DNA of 64,000 bases from a virus. Taxonomy: Duplodnaviria > Heunggongvirae > Uroviricota > Caudoviricetes. Shown here piece after piece: positions 28,181-36,484 of the stretch. The stretch's first letter is position 1, and each line of letters begins with the position of its first letter. A model generated the notes under the pieces. That model saw nothing but the letters and a program-made list of their open reading frames with translations. It did not search any database and was not told where the DNA came from. Location of the stretch: the IMG/VR virus record IMGVR_UViG_3300026737_000001; one strand, written 5' to 3'. The translations under genes were made by a program, and so were the position numbers.

Positions 28181-28333
28181 ATGTCAAGAAAAGCAGTCAA
28201 CACTACTTTAAATAAAGAATTATATAAGAAAATTAGAATATTAGCTCTAAAAAAAGGTTGCAATGCTAATGATTTAATGGAAGAAGGTATGAAGATGGTA
28301 CTTAATAAGTATGAGAACCAGGAAAAAGAATAA
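28181..28333 (+). CDS. ribbon-helix-helix (CopG/Arc-like) small DNA-binding protein, 50 aa, inside the IS
   Basis: Not in the ORF track (under 60 aa). 'MSRKAVNTTLNKELYKKIRILALKKGCNANDLMEEGMKMVLNKY' has the RHH beta-strand plus two helices pattern. Consensus promoter and RBS. Confidence 0.6.
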   Translation: MSRKAVNTTLNKELYKKIRILALKKGCNANDLMEEGMKMVLNKYENQEKE

Positions 28334-28474
28334 TTTTAAAGCAATATTTAATTACTTCAAAATTAGGCACTATTCATCCGTGAGGGCAAGCCCATCAGGT
28401 TTTCTAGTGCCTAACTTTTATAACTTCTGCCGGGAATTCAATATCATCTATAAACATTCTCATCTCTGTTGCTT

Positions 28475-30154
28475 TTACTTTTTTTCCTGTGAACTCATTA
28501 CTGATTGTATCCATCTCCTCGTAGAAGCATTTTTTACAAAATCAACAAATAAAGGGTGTGGCCTCAAAGGTCTTGACTTAAACTCCGGATGAAACTGCAC
28601 ACCAACAAACCATCTGTGTTCTTTAAGCTCCATTGTTTCAACAAGCTTTCCGTCCGGTGATAGACCTGAGAATACAACCCCGTTAGCTTCAAATAACTTT
28701 CTGTAATCATTGTTAAACTCAAAGCGGTGACGATGCCTTTCTTTTAATTCTAAATGGTCGATGTAGGCGCTGTGAACTCTTGACTTTAAAGGCTTTGCTG
28801 TAAAATCATAAGAGCCAAGCCTCATTGTTCCGCCCTTGTTAACAACCTCTCTCTGCTCATTCATGAGGGTTATTACAGGGTTTTTAGTTTCACTGTCAAA
28901 CTCTAAGCTGTTGGCATCTTCTAGTCCTAACTCATTTCTGGCAAATTCAATAGCTGCAACCTGCATGCCAAGACAAATACCAAAGTAAGGGACCTTATTT
29001 TCTCTTGCATATTTAGCCGCCTTTATCTTGCCTTCAATGCCTCTCTCACCAAATCCACCAGGGACTAATATTCCATCATATCCTTTTAATGTTATTCTAA
29101 CTGCTTCATCACAGCTTAAATCTTCAAGCTCTTGAGAGTCAATAAATGTAATATCAACATCGAGATGATTTTTAAGACCTGCATGTATTAAAGCCTCTTT
29201 GATGCTGAGATATGCATCTTCGAGCTGTGTATATTTTCCCACAACTGCTATATTTACCTTTTCTTTTTTTTCTTGTAAATTTACAAGCATATGCCCCCAG
29301 TCATCTATATCTTGAGGATAACTCTGAAATGATTTAAAACCAAGTTTCTCCATTACCTTTTTAGCCATATCCTGACCTTCATATTTGAGAGGTATTTCAT
29401 AAATGTGCTCTACATCAACTGACTCAAATATTAATTCCTTGTCTATATCTCCAAATAAAGAAATCTTATCCCTTATTTCTTCAGGCATTTTATCTTTAAT
29501 TCTGCCGACTACAGCATCAGGCTGAACGCCAAGACTTCTAAGCTCCTTTAAGCTCTGCTGGGTAGGTTTTGATTTGTACTCTCCTACTTTATGCATGTAA
29601 GGAATTAATGTGCAGTGAACATGGAATGTGTTATCAAAACCTAAATCATGTCTTAACTGCCTTACAGCCTCCACAAAAGGGAAGCTTTCAATATCTCCTA
29701 CAGTGCCCCCGAGTTCAATTAGTATCACATCAGTCTTATCGTCTTCCGGCATGGTCATCCTGCGCTTTATCTCATCAGTGATATGAGGTATTACCTGTAT
29801 TGTCTTACCTAAGTATTTGCCTTTTCTTTCGTTATCTAAAACTTCCTGATAGATTTGACCTGTTGAGACAGAATTAATTCCAGAAAGCTCTATATCAATA
29901 AACCTTTCATAGTGGCCAAGGTCTAAATCAGTTTCTGCTCCATCATTGGTAACAAAAACCTCTCCGTGTTCTATAGGGTTCATTGTCCCAGCATCAACAT
30001 TTATATAGGGGTCAAATTTCTGAACCTTAATATTTAACCCTCTAGCTTTAAGTAACATTCCAAGCGATGCAGAAGTTAACCCCTTTCCTAATCCAGAGAC
30101 AACCCCTCCTGTCACGAATATATATTTAGTTTTCTTACTCACACTCATCAACAC
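28475..30154 (-). CDS. pyrG: CTP synthase
   Basis: Full-length 559 aa. 'KYIFVTGGVVSGLGKG' at the N-terminus, glutaminase-domain 'GICLGMQ' and 'GGTMRLG'. Confidence 0.9.
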   Translation of the reverse strand: MLMSVSKKTKYIFVTGGVVSGLGKGLTSASLGMLLKARGLNIKVQKFDPYINVDAGTMNPIEHGEVFVTNDGAETDLDLGHYERFIDIELSGINSVSTGQIYQEVLDNERKGKYLGKTIQVIPHITDEIKRRMTMPEDDKTDVILIELGGTVGDIESFPFVEAVRQLRHDLGFDNTFHVHCTLIPYMHKVGEYKSKPTQQSLKELRSLGVQPDAVVGRIKDKMPEEIRDKISLFGDIDKELIFESVDVEHIYEIPLKYEGQDMAKKVMEKLGFKSFQSYPQDIDDWGHMLVNLQEKKEKVNIAVVGKYTQLEDAYLSIKEALIHAGLKNHLDVDITFIDSQELEDLSCDEAVRITLKGYDGILVPGGFGERGIEGKIKAAKYARENKVPYFGICLGMQVAAIEFARNELGLEDANSLEFDSETKNPVITLMNEQREVVNKGGTMRLGSYDFTAKPLKSRVHSAYIDHLELKERHRHRFEFNNDYRKLFEANGVVFSGLSPDGKLVETMELKEHRWFVGVQFHPEFKSRPLRPHPLFVDFVKNASTRRWIQSVMSSQEKK

Positions 30155-30848
30155 CGAGAGCCATCATATTATTATCGCAGATAGTCATATCAAGGTATTC
30201 CTGAATCTCCAGCAAATCCTCGTCTGTCATATCAGAAAGCTTGTCATACACCTTATCAATTGCTGTCTCTTCAACATAAGTGTGGCTTACAATTTCGATA
30301 TCTCCACCAACAAACGGTGTAAGGTCCATAGCCGCCAGAATAGACATTGTTATCTTTTCAGTAGGCTCAACTTCATCAAAACTATTTAAAGCGTACATAG
30401 CCCCCAAAGCTACCTCTCCACCGGAACCTATAGCGGTAAAGTCTTCACTTCCGATACCAACCTGAAAGTCATAGTCGATTCTATAGAGCTCATTTTTATA
30501 TGCTACTAAAAATAAACCGCCAAACTCTTTGTTGTCCTGGTCGACACCCATAATACCGTTTTTATCAAAAAGTCTCCTAACTTCATCGATAAATGTCGTG
30601 GCCATATAGCCGTGGTCTGTCTGAGAGTCTTTCTGTGCCGGAACATCTAACTTATACTGTAATACCTGTCCCATTCTATAAGAGCCCGCAAAACCTATTG
30701 TGAAATCACCTGAAGCAAATACCTTGCCGTCTTTCCTGTTTTCTTTTGTGTAATTTGTAGAGCCAACAGTGTCAGCGCCAATATATATTTTGTTTTCTTT
30801 TTCTGCTTTAAATCCAACTACACATGTCATTAAATAAACCACTTCCAA
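30135..30848 (-). CDS. HslV/proteasome-like Ntn-hydrolase peptidase
   Basis: 'TCVVGFKAE...IYIGADTVGS' and 'GSGGEVALGAMYAL' parallel HslV 'TTIVSVR...GDGQ' and 'GSGG'. 237 aa (longer than HslV). Overlaps pyrG by 20 nt. Confidence 0.5.
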   Translation of the reverse strand: MEVVYLMTCVVGFKAEKENKIYIGADTVGSTNYTKENRKDGKVFASGDFTIGFAGSYRMGQVLQYKLDVPAQKDSQTDHGYMATTFIDEVRRLFDKNGIMGVDQDNKEFGGLFLVAYKNELYRIDYDFQVGIGSEDFTAIGSGGEVALGAMYALNSFDEVEPTEKITMSILAAMDLTPFVGGDIEIVSHTYVEETAIDKVYDKLSDMTDEDLLEIQEYLDMTICDNNMMALGVDECE

Positions 30849-30968
30849 TCCTTTTTAAAATTAAATTTGCTTTTTTATTTTCTGTGATGTAAAATTAAAA
30901 AATTTACTGCCTATACTTTTGTTGTTTAAGTAAACCTATATAAGAAGGTGCCTTCTTTTATTGTATTA

Positions 30969-30997
30969 TTGACAATCAAAATCGTACGAGATACAAT
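30969..30997 (+). promoter_or_regulatory. sigma70-type promoter TTGACA-17-TACAAT
   Basis: Seen directly. Followed by RBS GAGGTGAGG and ATG 31017. Confidence 0.55.
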
Positions 30998-31016
30998 TAA
31001 TACAGAGGTGAGGTAT

Positions 31017-31244
31017 ATGTCAAAAAAGAAAAAAATAGAAAGAATAGAATTCAGTGGCACTATTGACCCCGACCTGTATTATGAAATTAAGATGCTTTCT
31101 TTAAGGCTTAGAAAGATTGGTATTAAGCGTAATATAAATGAATTAACCGAAGAAGGATACCGTTATATCCTTAAAAAATATTACTCAAAATACCAAAAAC
31201 TAGGCCAGTCACACTCTAAGTATGTCGAAGAAGATTTAGATTAA
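31017..31244 (+). CDS. small basic protein (start moved from the listed 30948, which would include the promoter)
   Basis: 'MSKKKKIERIEFSGTIDPDLYYEIKMLSLRLRK...' with a terminator immediately downstream. Confidence 0.45.
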   Translation: MSKKKKIERIEFSGTIDPDLYYEIKMLSLRLRKIGIKRNINELTEEGYRYILKKYYSKYQKLGQSHSKYVEEDLD

Positions 31245-31273
31245 GAGGCGGAATTACCCGCCTCTCTTTTTTT
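31245..31273 (+). terminator. rho-independent terminator
   Basis: GAGGCGG-aattac-CCGCCTC followed by TCTTTTTTT. Confidence 0.7.
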
Positions 31274-31438
31274 ACAATGAATTTTTCATCTCCCAAATAA
31301 GCCAAGCTACCAAGAATAAAAACCCCTCAAGTAATAACTTGCCCGACAAAGCAATGTCTGCCAGTAAAAATGATACTGCAATCAGGAAAAATCCAAATCC
31401 TCCAATCATTAGTCCTATAAAATCCTCATCAAACATCA

Positions 31439-32539
31439 TTATTCCATCGCTCCATTAATTTCATTTAAGATACCCATTATACCAGGCATTGAACCTATAC
31501 CACTTCCGTCTTCTGGAGTAACGATAATCTTCATCTTCTCATTGATACTTGTAACTGCTTTAGTCTGCAGGTCAAGCTTTCTATCAGCAAAATATACATC
31601 TGTATAAGCCTGCTGTTTTTCTAATTCTGCTTTCTTTTCCAGGATAGCTGCCTCATATTTATTTTTGGCTGCCATTTTAATAGCCTCTGCTTTTCTTTCA
31701 ATAGAATAAGCTTCTGCATCCGCTTTTCTTTCCTTCTCGTAAGCATCGGCATCAGCAGCTGCCTTCCTTTGAATAAGTTCCTGCTTTGACTCAGCTTCCT
31801 GTCTTGCAACCTCTTTAGCGTTAACCTCCGCCTGTCTTTTAGCATCTAATTCAGCAAGTTCTACCTCATTAATAGCTGATGTTTTACGGTTAATCTCTGC
31901 CTGAATTTCCTGTGGAACTAAGATATTTCCGAATTCAAATCTGATTAGTTTGATACCATATTTATCAGAGAGTGTATCTCTTAAATTCTCAAAGATTTCT
32001 GTCTGCATATCGCTTACCTTAGCTTGAAAATTGTAGACTGAAGTTTTTCTGGTAACTTTTTTAACTTCACCTTTCATAACCCCGTAAAGTTCGTCATCCA
32101 CGATAGTCTCGAAGTCTTTTTTAACGCCCCAGTTTTTGATAATCTTAGCAACATTCTCAGGCTGTACTGACATATAGATATCAACTATTACATTTTTACC
32201 TTCAATTGTTCCTGCTTCAATAGAATCGTCCTGCTTTGAGCCTTCCTGCTCGTTTTTAGTCCAGTTCCTGCTGATGATAGTAGTAGGTGATATATACATT
32301 TCTTGAGTAAAAGGATTTAGCCAAACCAATCCATATCGTGGTTGATTGATTACTGAAGTACCTTCTAATACAGGCACACTATTTTCTCCCGGGTTATCAG
32401 GGTCAATAGTTCTATCATATATATAACCAACAAAACCTGGCTCTATATTATCAGTCACCATGAAGAAACCTACACCTGCTAAAACCACTAAAATACCAAA
32501 TACTATAAGTCCTATAAAACCTTTTTGTTTATTATTCAT
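31439..32539 (-). CDS. SPFH/band-7 (prohibitin/HflC-like) membrane protein
   Basis: N-terminal TM, SPFH core, Ala/Glu/Lys-rich coiled-coil tail 'AEAIKMAAKNKYEAAILEKKAELEK'. Confidence 0.6.
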   Translation of the reverse strand: MNNKQKGFIGLIVFGILVVLAGVGFFMVTDNIEPGFVGYIYDRTIDPDNPGENSVPVLEGTSVINQPRYGLVWLNPFTQEMYISPTTIISRNWTKNEQEGSKQDDSIEAGTIEGKNVIVDIYMSVQPENVAKIIKNWGVKKDFETIVDDELYGVMKGEVKKVTRKTSVYNFQAKVSDMQTEIFENLRDTLSDKYGIKLIRFEFGNILVPQEIQAEINRKTSAINEVELAELDAKRQAEVNAKEVARQEAESKQELIQRKAAADADAYEKERKADAEAYSIERKAEAIKMAAKNKYEAAILEKKAELEKQQAYTDVYFADRKLDLQTKAVTSINEKMKIIVTPEDGSGIGSMPGIMGILNEINGAME

Positions 32540-32560
32540 TAAATAAATCCCCCTATTTTT

Positions 32561-32704
32561 TTATTCATCTTTATTTTCTTCATCTTCCCAGTTAAAATAC
32601 TTATTAATAGCACTTCCTATCTTCGGAAATATAGAAAAGATTGATACTCCTATAACCATAACTATTAATAAAACAAAAAATATAAACATAAAACCCCAAC
32701 CCAT
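32561..32704 (-). CDS. small single-TM membrane protein (47 aa) upstream of the SPFH gene
   Basis: Not in the ORF track. 'MGWGFMFIFFVLLIVMVIGVSIFSIFPKIGSAINKYFNWEDEENKDE'. Confidence 0.35.
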   Translation of the reverse strand: MGWGFMFIFFVLLIVMVIGVSIFSIFPKIGSAINKYFNWEDEENKDE

Positions 32705-32768
32705 AAAATCATCCTTTCACTTGATTGGTTTATTAAACTTCACTAAACCTCTAATCCTAAAAAAAGAA

Positions 32769-32942
32769 TTAACTGTTTACATAAAAATTCTTGCCTTTAA
32801 AACTTATACCCGGAGCCTTTTTAAATATTCTTTTTATGCTGCCTCTACATTCAGGACATTCTTCTAATGGCTCCTCACTTATCTTCTGCATTTTAGAAAA
32901 CTGGTAACCGCAATCTTCACACCTATAATTATATGTAGGCAA
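32769..32942 (-). CDS. FmdB-family zinc-ribbon protein (57 aa)
   Basis: Not in the ORF track. TTG start after GAGGAGG. '(M)PTYNYRCEDCGYQF...CPECRGS' gives CxxC...CxxC. Confidence 0.5.
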   Translation of the reverse strand: MPTYNYRCEDCGYQFSKMQKISEEPLEECPECRGSIKRIFKKAPGISFKGKNFYVNS

Positions 32943-32970
32943 TTCATCTACCTCCTCGTACCCAATAAGT

Positions 32971-33585
32971 TCAACTTCTTTTTTTGTAACTATCTTCTGA
33001 TATATGTTTTTTCATGTTTTCTGCCAACTCTTTGTTTACTTCTAATAAATCTACTATATATTGTTTCCTTTTGAAAGGAGCTGAGTTAAAAATAAATATC
33101 TGTTTTAAATTATAGTCTTTAATAAAATGTTCTCTTATTTTTGCTACCTTTTTATCAGAGACTTCCATATCCTCAAAAATTAAAGTATCGATTTTTTCTG
33201 TATAACCATGAACTCCTTCATATATATTTCTAATCGCAGAATCTGATGTTCCAGATAAAAAGAATATTTTTCTTCTTTCAATTTCATCATTTTTATTTAA
33301 AATCCAGTACTGAATTATTCTCCTATCCTTAGTAGTATAACTTATATGATTTTTAAGAGATGATATTTTTTTAATCGCTGATTTAAAACATTCATCTTTT
33401 TGCCTACTGTATTTAAAGTATCTTACAACAACTTCATCTCTTAAAGATAAATTATTTGCAAGCTCTGTTTTGCCTGTTATTCTTGCTCCTTTAACTTCTA
33501 TAACTGATGACTTATCATTAAAAACTTCAAAAACTTCCTCCTGCCATTCATATAATTTTATGGTAAATCCCCCTCTCTTTTTAAC
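32971..33585 (-). pseudogene. P-loop NTPase (nucleotide-kinase-like) reading frame lacking a canonical start; possibly frameshifted
   Basis: The frame is open from the TAG at 33586-33588 and contains Walker A 'GARITGKT', but has no ATG/GTG/TTG before Met-33168. The ATG at 33551 is in another frame and stops after 17 codons. RBS AAGAGAGGGGGA at 33568-33579. Confidence 0.35.
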
Positions 33586-33663
33586 CTATAATAAGTATAC
33601 CATACCCTTATCCATTTTTCAAGGTTTAGTATTATAAACTAAATTAAAATACAATTATTTGCA

Positions 33664-33906
33664 TCATAATCTTTCGTTTCTTATCGCAAAACCCTGAGCC
33701 ATACCCTGAGCAAACTCAGACTTATTCATGGTGGCCCAGGTGTATGCCCTCCTAAAACCTATAAAGGCAAGTTTATTTATAAGATAGTCCAAATCATTGA
33801 ATAAAGTATTAGCAAAATCCTCAAAGCCTAAATCTTTAACATAGATTTGTCTGGCCTGTATGAGCTCATTATAAATATCCTTGTCAACAGGAATCATTAA
33901 TCTCAC
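33664..33906 (-). CDS. hypothetical protein
   Basis: ORF. Confidence 0.3.
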   Translation of the reverse strand: MRLMIPVDKDIYNELIQARQIYVKDLGFEDFANTLFNDLDYLINKLAFIGFRRAYTWATMNKSEFAQGMAQGFAIRNERL

Positions 33907-34871
33907 TCCTTATATTTGTCGAAATCTATAAAGAAATCCTTCCATTTATAATTATCCTCTACTTTATTCTTCTCTGTTTTATTAGAATCTCCTGCAGCTG
34001 TTTTAAGATTGTCTTTTCTAAAAATCTTTTTGAGGTCATCTTTTTTATAAATACCTTTGTCCATCAGAATATCAAGTCTCCTGAAAAAGAATGTCTGGTT
34101 GTGGCCACCAATTGCACAATACTCTATCGTTTTAAGCAATAGCTCAAAATCGCCACCTTTATCAATAAACTCTGAGAGCTTTTGCTTTTGAAAATCGTTT
34201 GGTTTTTTGCCGAATGCTTTTTGGAAGTTATCCACAAGCAGTTCTGAATTTTTATCTCCCGGCTTTTTGTTATTATTATTAGAATTTGTAGTAGTCTCTG
34301 TAGTACTCTCTGGTAATGTTTCGTTTTTATTTATGTTTGAACCAAAATTATTCGTGTTTGAAACAAAATCATTTTCTTTGCATTCGTTTTTATTTTCTTT
34401 GGCGTTATCTCGGGGATAAGGAACCTTTTGAATTATTGAAGGATATTTATCTAAGTTATAACCAAGCTTAAGTAAGTCTTTTTGTATCTGTATAATATCT
34501 ACTCTGTACTGATATGTTCTATCCTGCTTGTACTTTGGATTTCTCCTTCTTTGTAGCCATTTTTTTTCTACTAACTTAGTCATTCTTTTTCTTATAGTAG
34601 GTTCAGTCATATCTACCATTAATTCTTCATTCATTTCTTCAGCACTTTTATATATCCACCCATTCTTAAACTGAACTTCTTCATCAGTTTTTATTCCTTC
34701 ATTTTCTAACCTTGAATATTCTTCACTTAACATTTTGTCATAATCATTAACTCTTTCTGACCAGTATATAAACTGATTTAAAACTAATGCTGCTAAGTAC
34801 TCTCCTGTAAGCTCAACTAGTTCTTCTTTTATAACAACCCTCTTTAGTGGTCGCTGTTTTTTATCACTCAT
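33903..34871 (-). CDS. DnaD-domain replication initiation/replisome organizer-like protein
   Basis: N-terminal wHTH-like 'LTGEYLAALVLNQFIYWSERV'. The C-terminal 'LSEFIDKGGDFELLLKTIEYCAIGGHNQTFFFRRLDILMDKGIYKKDDL' resembles the DnaD C-terminal domain. Confidence 0.45.
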   Translation of the reverse strand: MSDKKQRPLKRVVIKEELVELTGEYLAALVLNQFIYWSERVNDYDKMLSEEYSRLENEGIKTDEEVQFKNGWIYKSAEEMNEELMVDMTEPTIRKRMTKLVEKKWLQRRRNPKYKQDRTYQYRVDIIQIQKDLLKLGYNLDKYPSIIQKVPYPRDNAKENKNECKENDFVSNTNNFGSNINKNETLPESTTETTTNSNNNNKKPGDKNSELLVDNFQKAFGKKPNDFQKQKLSEFIDKGGDFELLLKTIEYCAIGGHNQTFFFRRLDILMDKGIYKKDDLKKIFRKDNLKTAAGDSNKTEKNKVEDNYKWKDFFIDFDKYKE

Positions 34872-34941
34872 ACAGCAACACCTTCTCCACCAATAATATT
34901 AGACACATTTTCAGCATTAATAGATTTTATAATTTCTTTCA

Positions 34942-35187
34942 TTATAAAACACCGCCACATAAAACATAATCCAATAATCTTTCGTATTGTTTTTCTGAAA
35001 TACTATGCTTTATTCTGATGTTAGTCTCTATGTACCCTTTTGGTTTTTGTTTTTCCTTATTCTTATAAATCTCCATTGCTTTTTTTAAACTTTCTCTTTT
35101 CTTTTTATTCATTTCGTCTACATCTCCTTTTGTTTTCGGAGCATAATAAAACCCACTGCTGCTAGAGTCTTGGCAAGTATCCAGCAA
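34942..35187 (-). CDS. hypothetical protein
   Basis: ORF. Confidence 0.3.
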   Translation of the reverse strand: MLDTCQDSSSSGFYYAPKTKGDVDEMNKKKRESLKKAMEIYKNKEKQKPKGYIETNIRIKHSISEKQYERLLDYVLCGGVL

Positions 35188-35224
35188 ACAGTGGGCGAGA
35201 ATAGGAAAAACTTTTAAATAACCC

Positions 35225-35254
35225 TTGACTAATATTATCTATATGTGTTATTAT
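35225..35254 (+). promoter_or_regulatory. orphan + strand promoter TTGACT-18-TGtTATTAT inside a - strand gene block
   Basis: Seen directly. No + strand CDS downstream before the terminator at 35326. Confidence 0.4.
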
Positions 35255-35260
35255 TAATCC

Positions 35261-35358
35261 AAGAATTAAACAATTAAATGGTTATTTTTGTTTTTTCTGT
35301 TTGTTTTAGTTTATTTTTGTTTGCTGGAGTGACTTGGTGGGTCGCTCCTATTTTTTTT
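35261..35358 (+). ncRNA. candidate ~100-nt small RNA (promoter to intrinsic terminator), U-rich
   Basis: Bounded by the promoter above and the hairpin GGAGTGAC-ttggtgg-GTCGCTCC plus T8 at 35326-35358. Confidence 0.3.
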
Positions 35359-35448
35359 GTTTTAATTTTAGTTTGATAAGTATCACTCTACATACTACAT
35401 ATTTTATAATTTAACTATAACACATTCAATATTAATGTGCAAATAATT

Positions 35449-35673
35449 TTACTTTTTATCTCTTATAGCTTCAGCGGCTGCAGACACAGCATCGTTGAAG
35501 TTTTTTATATATGTTCTTACTGTTTTTCCGCTCATATCAACCCTGTATTTTCTAGTCTTTTCATCTTCTGGAATTATAGAATATTCATTTATTATTGATA
35601 TGGTAGCAGCAATCATTGATTCATCATCATATACAGTCCAGTCTCCATTATCTTCTTTTAAAGTTTTAATCAT
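35449..35673 (-). CDS. hypothetical protein
   Basis: ORF. Confidence 0.3.
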   Translation of the reverse strand: MIKTLKEDNGDWTVYDDESMIAATISIINEYSIIPEDEKTRKYRVDMSGKTVRTYIKNFNDAVSAAAEAIRDKK

Positions 35674-35972
35674 TTTTTACCTCCTTTTCTCAAATCATAA
35701 AATAATATATACTCAGGATAACCAAGTAATTTAGATAGGCTTTCTTTATTTTCTTCATTGGGATTCCTGCCTTCAAAAACCCATGCCTGAACAGTTCTGG
35801 GACTAACATTTATTATTTTAGCTAAGTCAGAAATCTTCAAGTTAAGCGAAAACATAATTCCATATAATATTTTATTCTCTACATTCCACTCTCTCAACCT
35901 TCTAAAAGATTTTTTCTTTCCACCTTTTATTTTATTAGATATCTTTTTTCTTTCTTCTTCAAAAGAAGCCAA
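35670..35972 (-). CDS. XRE-like helix-turn-helix DNA-binding protein
   Basis: 'ISDLAKIINVSPRTVQAWVFEGRNPN' HTH. Confidence 0.5.
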   Translation of the reverse strand: MASFEEERKKISNKIKGGKKKSFRRLREWNVENKILYGIMFSLNLKISDLAKIINVSPRTVQAWVFEGRNPNEENKESLSKLLGYPEYILFYDLRKGGKK

Positions 35973-36002
35973 ATTAAATCCCTCCTTTTACATATTATAA
36001 CA

Positions 36003-36031
36003 TAAAAAAAGAGAAGGCGAAATGCCTTCTC
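36003..36031 (-). terminator. rho-independent terminator (- strand)
   Basis: GAGAAGGC-gaaat-GCCTTCTC with an A-run on + (T-run on -), immediately 3' of the bactofilin-like gene. Confidence 0.6.
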
Positions 36032-36035
36032 AACC

Positions 36036-36458
36036 TTATATAGTATTTACACTTCCATTTGCTGTAATATCACCATTAACATCTTCACAATTTACACTGC
36101 CTTTAGAGTATACACTTCCAAAAACGTCGTCACAGTTAATACTTCCGTGAGAACTTATATCTCCATCGACATTGTTGCAGTTTACAGCAAGGTCAGTAGT
36201 TAAATTGCCGTTTATATCTCCGTTTATTTTTAGACATTTTATATCATCATCAATATCGTCTACTTTGCTTCCATCAACACGAACCTCACCATTTGAAATG
36301 CTAATATTGTTACCTTCATACATTCTTCCATTTATAACAACTTTACTTTTTAAATTGTTATCGCCAACAGAGTTTATATCTCTGCCGGCGACTTTATTAT
36401 TATTTCCAGAAACTAAAGAAGAATTTTTCTTAAAAAAATTCAATAATTTTTTAAGCAT
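36036..36458 (-). CDS. bactofilin-like polymer-forming (beta-helical repeat) protein
   Basis: Repeats 'GSINCDDVFGSVYSKGSVNCEDVNGDITANGSV' match the DUF583/bactofilin 'G.V.GDV' periodicity. Confidence 0.5.
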   Translation of the reverse strand: MLKKLLNFFKKNSSLVSGNNNKVAGRDINSVGDNNLKSKVVINGRMYEGNNISISNGEVRVDGSKVDDIDDDIKCLKINGDINGNLTTDLAVNCNNVDGDISSHGSINCDDVFGSVYSKGSVNCEDVNGDITANGSVNTI

Positions 36459-36484
36459 TTTTACCTCCTTATAAACTATAATTA

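Larger units (their letters stand above)
26822..28440 (-). mobile_element. IS200/IS605-family insertion sequence, IS1341-type (tnpB only), boundaries approximate
   Basis: tnpB sits between two similar subterminal hairpins (- strand reading): RE 'CCTCGTGGGCTTGCCCCGAGG' (26832-26852) and LE 'CCTGATGGGCTTGCCCTCACGG' (28375-28396). The structured, GC-richer ~140 nt at 26822-26963 after the tnpB stop is consistent with an omega/re-RNA. Confidence 0.6.

Noticed and set aside
28311-28592. 93-aa + strand ORF spanning the IS left-end hairpin and the pyrG 3' end
   Set aside because: It overlaps the IS terminal structure and the antisense strand of pyrG, with no RBS. Spurious.
30948-31016. ORF track start at 30948 for the small + strand gene
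   Set aside because: That ATG lies upstream of a consensus -35/-10 (30969-30997) and RBS. Translation more plausibly begins at ATG 31017.
35278-35376. 32-aa hydrophobic peptide as a definite type-I toxin gene
   Set aside because: No Shine-Dalgarno, and the intrinsic terminator lies inside the ORF. Kept only as an alternative to the sRNA interpretation.
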